Origin: Prochloraceae cyanobacterium PL24a_bin.78
GTDB taxonomy: Bacteria > Cyanobacteriota > Cyanobacteriia > Cyanobacteriales > JANQIW01
Length of the DNA: 64,000 nt
Direction of reading: 5' to 3'
Assembly (NCBI GenBank): GCA_028281945.1
Contig: JANQIW010000139.1
Span: 1,593-65,592, forward strand
Below, in pieces: positions 9,808 to 16,428 of the stretch. Below the pieces are notes generated by a model. It saw only the letters and a program-made list of their open reading frames with translations. It was not told the DNA's origin and made no database searches. How positions within the stretch are numbered: the stretch's first letter is position 1; the number at the start of each line of letters is the position of its first letter. The position numbers and the translations under genes are program-made.

Positions 9808-9840
9808 AACCCCGGCACAGAAGTCAAGGGGTTTTGTTGT
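9808..9840 (+). promoter_or_regulatory. terminator/attenuator-like hairpin in the rplJ leader
   Basis: aacccc (9808..9813) pairs with ggggtt (9828..9833) and is followed by ttgttgt. It lies 43 nt upstream of the rplJ ATG, inside a 452 nt rplA-rplJ spacer. Confidence 0.4.
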
Positions 9841-9882
9841 ATGAAATAAAAAAACATACAAAATTAAGGAGGTGATCCAAAA

Positions 9883-10461
9883 ATGGGGAGAACTCGAGAG
9901 AACAAAGAAGAAGTAGTAGCAGATCTCAAGCAAATATTGAGTGAATCTCAACTAGCCATGATCATTGATTATCAAGGCCTGACAGTAGGAGAAATTACAG
10001 ATTTACGTAATAACTTGCGCCCAACAGGGACCATTTGTAAAGTAACAAAAAATACCTTCATGAGGCTTGCCGTTGAAGAAGATCAAAATTGGCAACCCAT
10101 GAATCAGTTTTTGTCAGGCTCATCTGCTTTTTTGTTAGTCAAAGACGATATTGCCGGAGCCGTTAAAGCTTATCAAGCATTCCAAAAAGCCACCAAAAAA
10201 ACAGAATTTCGCGGTGGGGTAATGCAAGGCCAAGCCCTCAACCAAGAGCAAATCAAGGCAATCTCAGAATTACCTAGCAAAGAAGAACTTATGGCTCAAA
10301 TGGCAGGGGCACTCAATTCCATCGCTACTAAATTGGCAAGGAGTATTAACGAAGTACCAACTTCTCTGGGCAGAAGTATCAACGAAGTACCTTCTTCCTT
10401 GGGACGGTGTTTGCAAGGTATTGCTGCCAAACAAGAAGGAGAAGACCAAGGGGCAGGTTAA
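9883..10461 (+). CDS. rplJ: 50S ribosomal protein L10 (uL10) with an internal 11-aa tandem duplication
   Basis: 192 aa with AAGGAGG upstream. The L10 N-terminal domain is present (LAMIIDYQGLTVGEITDLR). The C-terminal helix carries RSINEVPTSLG RSINEVPSSLG. Confidence 0.95.
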   Translation: MGRTRENKEEVVADLKQILSESQLAMIIDYQGLTVGEITDLRNNLRPTGTICKVTKNTFMRLAVEEDQNWQPMNQFLSGSSAFLLVKDDIAGAVKAYQAFQKATKKTEFRGGVMQGQALNQEQIKAISELPSKEELMAQMAGALNSIATKLARSINEVPTSLGRSINEVPSSLGRCLQGIAAKQEGEDQGAG

Positions 10462-10519
10462 AAAAATTAGGTTTTATTAAGTACAACAAAAATTATTCAC
10501 AATAAGAAGGAGTTTATCA

Positions 10520-10924
10520 ATGTCTGAAGCAACTGATGAAATTTTAGAAAAATTAAAAACTTTAACTCTTTTAGAAGCATCTGAGTTAGTTAAACAAATT
10601 GAAGACGCATTTGGTGTTAGTGCTGCCGCTCCTGCTGGTGGCATGATGATGGCTGCTCCCATGCCCGGTGCTGGAGGTGGTGGTGCCGCTACTGCAGAAC
10701 CAGAAGAAGAACAAACTGAATTTGACGTTATTCTTGAAGATGTTGGTGCTAACAAAATCAAAGTACTTAAAGAAGTTCGTGGAATTACAGGTTTGGGACT
10801 TAAAGATGCGAAAGAATTGGTTGAATCAGCACCTAAACCAATTAAAGAAGGTGTTGCCAAAGAAGAAGCTGAAAAAATGAAGAAACAGTTAGAAGAAGTT
10901 GGAGCAAAAGTTACTGTTAAGTAA
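10520..10924 (+). CDS. rplL: 50S ribosomal protein L7/L12 (bL12)
   Basis: 134 aa. It has an N-terminal dimerisation helix, an Ala/Gly/Pro hinge, and a C-terminal domain ([24 protein letters not shown]). Confidence 0.95.
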   Translation: MSEATDEILEKLKTLTLLEASELVKQIEDAFGVSAAAPAGGMMMAAPMPGAGGGGAATAEPEEEQTEFDVILEDVGANKIKVLKEVRGITGLGLKDAKELVESAPKPIKEGVAKEEAEKMKKQLEEVGAKVTVK

Positions 10925-10933
10925 TTTAAGAAA

Positions 10934-10987
10934 CCCATCTCCCCTTTTTCCTGGGAAGAGGCTATGGGAAGAAATTGGGTAGTTCAT
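10934..10987 (+). repeat. solo IS605-family right-end-like sequence
   Basis: It ends in attGGGTAGTTCAt, the same motif that ends the tnpB element (16418..16427) and the mini-element (11871..11881). An imperfect hairpin precedes it. Confidence 0.35.
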
Positions 10988-11005
10988 CTATATCAAAATT
11001 ATTGG

Positions 11006-11032
11006 GCAGGGAATTCCTTGCTCTTTTTTTTC
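11006..11032 (+). terminator. rho-independent terminator of the rplKAJL cluster
   Basis: gcaggg aatt ccttgc (6 bp stem including one G-U pair) is followed by tcttttttttc. Confidence 0.6.
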
Positions 11033-11092
11033 TATTTTTGAGGATTTTGTTTGGGAATTTCCATCTTCCTGCTTGTAGAAAGAAATAGAGTT

Positions 11093-11355
11093 ATATCGTT
11101 TTTCCCGTAATAGTGATAGACACCTTCGTGGAGAATGGGGAGAATGGGAGTTTCTTGAGACTTCTGGTTATCCAGAGGCGGAAGCCAACGGTTAACTTCT
11201 GCTTACGCAGAGGCGGAAGCCAACGGTTGATTGGGATAATTTAGTACATCTTAATTACTTATTACTTAAATCTTGGATGGAGATAATAAATTTTAGTTAA
11301 TTATCCTAGATTTAGGATTTTTTAACTCTATCATTATTAAAGATAAATTGATCTT
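11093..11355 (+). mobile_element. MITE-like element copy carrying a nested duplicated 34 nt GC-rich module
   Basis: The ends are tatcgtttttcccgtaatagtgatag ... ctctatcattattaaagataaattgatctta. The internal core is ggagaatggggagaatgggag. Two 34 nt units lie at 11159..11192 and 11194..11227. Confidence 0.55.
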
Positions 11356-11550
11356 ATCAGTTATAACAGTGTTTAGCTTACTGTTGAGCTGTAAAGCTTA
11401 TGAAAGAAAATTATGCTATAATAAAAATATAGTTCTATAGTAAAAAGGTTACTAATATCTAAAGTTTAGAAAAAATTCAGTTTCTGCTAAATTTAAGCTA
11501 AAAAACCATTAAAAATCGCATTAAGATTAATTAATTATTAATGTCAAAAC

Positions 11551-11881
11551 AATTCCCCATCTTCAATGAGGTGATGATAAACTTTAACCAGTAAAAAAGT
11601 TTCCATCTAGCACAAAAAACTAATTGTGTGCTAAAAAAGAGAACGATCTACACGGGGAATCTATGACGTTCGCGCAGCGTCTACCTCAGGAGAAAGCCAA
11701 GTCAGACACATATAATTATTTTATGATAACCGTGATTTCTACCTTAGTTATAAAGATCTAACCTACCTCAAGGAAATTAGGGAATAGCCTATAATTCAGA
11801 ATATAAGACCAAAACGTTTTGAGCATCATCGGCAATTCCTTAGACAGGAAATCCATCTCACCAAAGGGTTGGGTAGTTCAT
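11551..11881 (+). mobile_element. non-coding mini-derivative of the IS605/IS1341-type element (left-end-like and right-end-like sequences, no tnpB)
   Basis: The left part aattccccatcttcaatgaggtgatgataa resembles aattccccattcatctacagggtgaggatgaa at 15097. The right part ggaaatccatctcaccaaagggttGGGTAGTTCAt resembles ggaagctccatcctccttgaggtgGGGTAGTTCAc at 16394..16428. No ORF lies between them. Confidence 0.4.
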
Positions 11882-11914
11882 ATACTAGTTTACTAACAAC
11901 ATTAAAGTCAGCAT

Positions 11915-13201
11915 ATGGTAATTACAAAAAAAAGTATAATAGTTGGTGCAACAGCCATGGGCTTAACAGCTTTAGCTGTAACTTTACCGGGAATCTTTCG
12001 TAGCGAACCGGGTGGAGCCTTTTTTCGCGATAATCCTAAAGAACTTGTAGATGAAGTATGGCAAATCATCAATAAGCAGTATGTTGATGGTACTTTTAAT
12101 GGCAATGATTGGAGAGCAGTTCGTCAAGAGTATTTAGAGCGATCCTACAACGATAAGCAAGAAGCTTATACTGCAATTAAGGAAATGCTCGAAAAACTTA
12201 ACGATCCCTACACTAGATTTTTAGAGCCAGAACAATTTAAAAATATGCAAATTGATACTTCTGGGGAATTAACAGGAGTAGGTATCCAAATTAGTAAAGA
12301 TGAAGAAACAGATCAAATTATCGTAATTTCTCCTATTGAAGATACTCCAGCTTTTGATGCAGGTATTTTAGCTAAGGATATTATTATTAAAATTGATGGT
12401 CAAAGTACTGAAGGGATGGATATCAATGATGCGGTACAACTAATTCGCGGTAAACCCGGAACAGAAGTTACTTTAACTATTCAAAGAGGTTCTCAAGAAA
12501 TAGATTATCCTATTACAAGAGCAAAAATTCAAATACATCCTGTCAGAGCAAGTCTTCAAGAAACAGGTATTGGTCAAGTAGGATATATTCGTCTAACCCA
12601 GTTTAGTGCCCAAGCTTCTAAAGAAATGCGTGAAGCGATTCTTAACATGGAAGAAGAAGATATCGTGGGTTATGTATTAGATCTAAGATCTAATCCTGGA
12701 GGACTGTTATATTCCAGCATTGAAATTGCCAGAATGTGGCTCGATGAAGGTAGAATTGTTTCCACTGTAAATAGAATTGGAAATAATGAAGTCCATAGAG
12801 CTAATAGAAATGCTCTGAGTGATAAGCCATTAGTAGTATTAGTAGATGGTGGGTCTGCTAGTGCCAGTGAAATTCTTTCCGGTGCTCTACAAGATCATGG
12901 AAGGGCAACTCTAGTGGGAACAAAAACATTTGGTAAAGGTTTAGTTCAATCAGTTCGTGGTTTAGGAGATGGCTCTGGTTTAGCGGTAACCATTGCTAAA
13001 TACCTTACTCCAAACGGAAGAGATATCAATAAAGAAGGAATTCCCCCAGACTATATTTCAGAAATTTCCGAAGAGGAAAAGAAAAAATTACAACAAGATC
13101 GCACCTTAATCGGTACTATTGAAGATCCTCAATTTTCCAAAGGGATTGAAATCCTCAAAGAAGAAATTGCTTCAAAAACAAAAACAAGTAGCTCAAAATA
13201 A
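11915..13201 (+). CDS. S41 family carboxyl-terminal processing protease (Ctp)
   Basis: 428 aa. It has an N-terminal signal anchor, a PDZ region (GVGIQI ... ISPIEDTPAFDAGILAKDIIIKIDG), and catalytic LVDGGSASASEI ... TFGKG motifs. Confidence 0.9.
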   Translation: MVITKKSIIVGATAMGLTALAVTLPGIFRSEPGGAFFRDNPKELVDEVWQIINKQYVDGTFNGNDWRAVRQEYLERSYNDKQEAYTAIKEMLEKLNDPYTRFLEPEQFKNMQIDTSGELTGVGIQISKDEETDQIIVISPIEDTPAFDAGILAKDIIIKIDGQSTEGMDINDAVQLIRGKPGTEVTLTIQRGSQEIDYPITRAKIQIHPVRASLQETGIGQVGYIRLTQFSAQASKEMREAILNMEEEDIVGYVLDLRSNPGGLLYSSIEIARMWLDEGRIVSTVNRIGNNEVHRANRNALSDKPLVVLVDGGSASASEILSGALQDHGRATLVGTKTFGKGLVQSVRGLGDGSGLAVTIAKYLTPNGRDINKEGIPPDYISEISEEEKKKLQQDRTLIGTIEDPQFSKGIEILKEEIASKTKTSSSK

Positions 13202-13221
13202 AAGTTTAAGATGCAAATGTT

Positions 13222-13401
13222 TCACATAGGCTGACATTTGCCAGAACGAATCAATCCCACTCGACGGGCAATAGCATCACTTTGAGAATCAAAAGGACCC
13301 CAGTAATTTTCTGAATCTGGGGTTTGTTTTCCATGAAAACTAACAATTTGACAAGTCTGATCTTGGGTCTTGACAATATACCACTTTTGTGTATTACTCA
13401 T
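13222..13401 (-). CDS. small conserved-looking protein (59 aa), below the ORF-track size cutoff
   Basis: Hand translation: MSNTQKWYIVKTQDQTCQIVSFHGKQTPDSENYWGPFDSQSDAIARRVGLIRSGKCQPM*. The WYIVK...C.IV and ARRVGLIRxGKCQP pattern is one I recall from small cyanobacterial proteins. It is convergent with the protease gene, and tataat sits just upstream of the ATG. Confidence 0.5.
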   Translation of the reverse strand: MSNTQKWYIVKTQDQTCQIVSFHGKQTPDSENYWGPFDSQSDAIARRVGLIRSGKCQPM

Positions 13402-13439
13402 AATTATATTATATTAGAGCTAAAAAAATATATAACTAA

Positions 13440-13580
13440 TATCAAGAGAGTGTTTAAGGTTGATAGAGTTTGAATTTCCTAAATCTAGGATAATTAACCA
13501 AAATTTATTCTCCCATTCTCCCACTCTCCCACTCTCCCATTCTCCCACTCAATGTCTATCATAGTTAAAGAAAAACGATA
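13440..13580 (-). mobile_element. MITE-like element copy (compact, best-preserved ends)
   Basis: tatcaagagagtgtttaaggttgatagag ... ctcccattctcccactctcccactctcccattctccc ... ctatcatagttaaagaaaaacgata. The imperfect terminal inverted repeat is visible (ctttaac-tatgatag vs gtttaaggttgatag). Confidence 0.65.
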
Positions 13581-13586
13581 TAACTA

Positions 13587-13967
13587 ATGACAAACTCGGA
13601 TTCCAAATTAAATAAAGCAGTAAAAAGATTATATCAATTCCAAATATACTGTAAATGGTTATTAGTAATTATTTGTTGGCTAAGTTTAGGAGCTTTTGCT
13701 ATTTGGGAATTACGAGAAGATATTTCTCTATGGTTAGACTATTTTACTTGGGCAGCAGTGCGTTATGGTTTAGCCTATAATCTTAAAGCTACTATCTGCC
13801 TTAGTATATCTATAGGAATGACTATTAGTGTATTAATAAGACAAATAGAAAATCTTTTCTTAGGAATCCCTAATAAAGAAAGATATCGCTTAGAAAAACA
13901 AGTCAAAGAAATTCAGCAAAAAGGCCCAAAGCATATTTTATATCCATGGATTTTTAAGGGTGAATAA
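13587..13967 (+). CDS. hypothetical membrane protein
   Basis: 126 aa with 2-3 hydrophobic helices. The start is 6 nt after the MITE end. The 3' end overlaps the convergent cheB by 14 nt. Confidence 0.45.
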   Translation: MTNSDSKLNKAVKRLYQFQIYCKWLLVIICWLSLGAFAIWELREDISLWLDYFTWAAVRYGLAYNLKATICLSISIGMTISVLIRQIENLFLGIPNKERYRLEKQVKEIQQKGPKHILYPWIFKGE

Positions 13968-15024
13968 TTTTCTTGATAAATTTAGGGGCAATCTGTTCAA
14001 TAGGTAAAATTTCATCAGCAGCACCTAATTTAATTGCTTCATGAGGCATACCAAAAACTATTGAAGTAGCTTCATTTTGAGCAATAGTAAACCCACCAGA
14101 TTCAGATATTTTAAGTAAACCTTCCGCTCCATCTTTTCCCATACCTGTTAGTAAAATACCAATAACACCTTTCCCATAATAACTAGCCAATGATTTAAAT
14201 GTAACAGTAACCGAAGGACGATGCCCTAAAACAGGAGGAGATTTAGAACACATAAAACTGCCTGTAGGACTTATTTGTAAATGATGTCCTTCTAAAGGAA
14301 AATAAATCTTTCCCGGTTTTGGATATAAACCAGATTTAGCTATTTCAATTGGTAATAGACAATTATTACTTAACCAATCAATAAATCCTTGTAAAAATCC
14401 TTGACTGATATGTTGGACACAAATAATCGGTAAAGGAAAATCTTTTGGTAATTGACTAAAAATCTCACTTAAAGCTTGAGGACCACCAGTAGAAGCACCA
14501 ATGCCTACAATTTTAAAAGGGTGAATATGTTTTTTATGTTTTGGATAGTTATTGATTTCTACATTTTGAATAAGCGTTTGAGGTTTTTGGATTGTAGATG
14601 AATGTTTTCTTCTGGTAAAAACCTTGATTCCAGAAAGAACTTTGATTTTATTGATTAAAGGTTGTTGCATAGACTCATAATCTTGAAGTTGCCCACTACG
14701 AGGCTTCGGAAAGATATCAACTGCTCCTGCTTCCAATAGATTAAAAATATTTTCCACATCATCTTCCAAAACTGAAGCACTAATAACTAAAATTGGCCGT
14801 GGATAAGATGCCATTACTTCTTTTGTAAATTCCAAACCATTCATTTTTGGCATATGCAGATCGGTGCAAATCACATCTGGATTTACTTTGGGAATTAAAT
14901 CTAACCCTTCCACTCCCGTAGATGCGGTACCCACTACTTCTATTTCTGGTGATGAATCTAAAATCCTTTTGAGAATAGTTAAAGCGATTGATGAATCTTC
15001 TACTAAAATAACTCTGATTGGCAT
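13954..15024 (-). CDS. cheB: chemotaxis response regulator protein-glutamate methylesterase CheB
   Basis: 356 aa. The N-terminal REC domain (ILVEDSSI ... DVICTDLHMPKMNG) precedes the CheB catalytic domain (GASTGGPQAL, VQHISQGF, LTGMGKDGAEG). Confidence 0.9.
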   Translation of the reverse strand: MPIRVILVEDSSIALTILKRILDSSPEIEVVGTASTGVEGLDLIPKVNPDVICTDLHMPKMNGLEFTKEVMASYPRPILVISASVLEDDVENIFNLLEAGAVDIFPKPRSGQLQDYESMQQPLINKIKVLSGIKVFTRRKHSSTIQKPQTLIQNVEINNYPKHKKHIHPFKIVGIGASTGGPQALSEIFSQLPKDFPLPIICVQHISQGFLQGFIDWLSNNCLLPIEIAKSGLYPKPGKIYFPLEGHHLQISPTGSFMCSKSPPVLGHRPSVTVTFKSLASYYGKGVIGILLTGMGKDGAEGLLKISESGGFTIAQNEATSIVFGMPHEAIKLGAADEILPIEQIAPKFIKKIIHP

Positions 15025-15096
15025 TGTTTTTTATCTTTTTATTTTTATCCAGACATATTGTAATTTAAAATTAGTTTTAACAAAAATATCAAAAAG

Positions 15097-16428
15097 AATT
15101 CCCCATTCATCTACAGGGTGAGGATGAATTTTTGACCAACAAAAAAAAATTGCGAAGCGTCCACACAAGACAAATTTCTTGTGCCATAATAAAATTATCA
15201 AAAATTATTGTTTGCGATAAAATGCTCAAAGTAGTCAAAGTTGGTCTATACCCAACTGAAAATCAAAAAGAGCAGCTAGAAAAAGGATTTGGCTGCTGCC
15301 GTTGGTTGTGGAATAGATTTCTAAATTTGACTAACAAAACTTATAAAGAAACAGGTAAAGGTTTATCACGATACGATCTACAAAAACAACTTCCTGAATT
15401 GAAAAAGGAATTTCCGTGGCTGAAAGAAACTTATAGTCAGTCCTTACAAGTGATTTGTTTGAATTTAAGTAGAGGATTTATTAATTTCTAGGAAAAAAGA
15501 GCGAGATACCCAAGATTCAAATCTAAACATGGAAAACAATCATTAACTTATCCACAAAATGTAAAAATAGTTGGAGATTATCTCAAATTCCCTAAGATAG
15601 GGGAAATTTATGCCAAAATTCATCGTCCTTATAATGGAAAAATAAAAACTGTTACTATAACTAAAAATAAATGTAATCAGTATCATGGCTCTATTTTATT
15701 TGACGATGGGAAAGAACCACCAAAACCATCTAAGAATGGAAAAGCTATTGGACTTGATCTGGGAATTAATGATTTTTGTATCACTTCAAATGGGAGTAAA
15801 TTCAATAATCCTAAATGGTTAAATAGACATAAAAAAAACCTAAAAATCAAACAAAAAGCACTATCTAGAAAGCAAAAAAGCTCTCAAAATAGAAATAAAG
15901 CAAGATTATTGGTAGCAAAAGTTCATAACAAAATAGCACGATGTCGAGAAGATTTTCAGCACAAATTATCACGCAGGATAATAAACGAGAACCAAGTTAT
16001 TGTAGTGGAAAATCTAAATATAAAAGGAATGGTAAAAAATCATTGTCTAGCTCTTACTATCTCACAAGTAGGTTGGGGACAATTCTTGACTATGTTGAAA
16101 TATAAAGCTGAGAATGAGGGGAAGATTTATTTGGAAATTGATAGATTTTTTCCTAGTTCTAAAACTTGTAATCATTGCTTAAATGTAGTAGATAGTTTAC
16201 CATTAGATGTGAGACAATGGACTTGTCATCAATGTCAAACAACCCACGACAGAGATGTAAATGCCGCCAGAAATATTCTCGAAGAAGGACTGGGAATTTT
16301 GGCTTCAGGATCTGGAGTTACAGCCTATTGTCCAGATGTAAGCCCTAGTAGTGGAGGACGAAAGAAATCTACTACCAGGCTATCTGTTGGGTAGGAAGCT
16401 CCATCCTCCTTGAGGTGGGGTAGTTCAC
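15097..16428 (+). mobile_element. IS200/IS605-family (IS1341-like) element, tnpB only, inserted between cheA and cheB
   Basis: It contains tnpB and no tnpA ORF. The left-end and right-end sequences recur elsewhere in the window (11551.., 10977.., 11871..). Boundaries are approximate. Confidence 0.65.
15222..16394 (+). pseudogene. tnpB: tnpB (RNA-guided nuclease family) interrupted by one in-frame TAG
   Basis: ORFs 15132..15491 and 15909..16394 are in the same frame (offset 777). The 139 codons between them have no stop, and TAG at 15489..15491 is the only interruption. RuvC-like motifs are GLDLGIND, VVVENLNIKGM and HDRDVNAARNI. The zinc ribbon is CNHC...CHQC. The probable start is MLKVVKVGLYPT at 15222. 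Confidence 0.75.

Noticed and set aside
10477-10938. 153 aa antisense ORF and the 70 aa alternative-frame ORF (10668..10880) over rplL.
   Set aside because: rplL is unambiguous on the plus strand. The antisense frame is open because of the Ala/Gly/Glu/Lys-rich codon composition.
14864-15121. 85 aa plus-strand ORF overlapping the cheB start. Similar overlapping ORFs are at 1224..1445, 11908..12105, 17698..18027, 20775..20984, 29699..29950, 32313..32615, 32788..32982, 33225..33470, 50193..50501, 52956..53183 and 54805..55071.
   Set aside because: Each lies antisense to or within a much longer ORF with clear family motifs. None has recognisable motifs of its own.
15132-15221. The track start of the first tnpB fragment at 15132 (MTNKKKLRSVHTRQIS...).
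   Set aside because: The upstream 30 codons run through the element's left-end hairpin region. The canonical TnpB N-terminus (MLKVVKVGLYPT) starts at ATG 15222.
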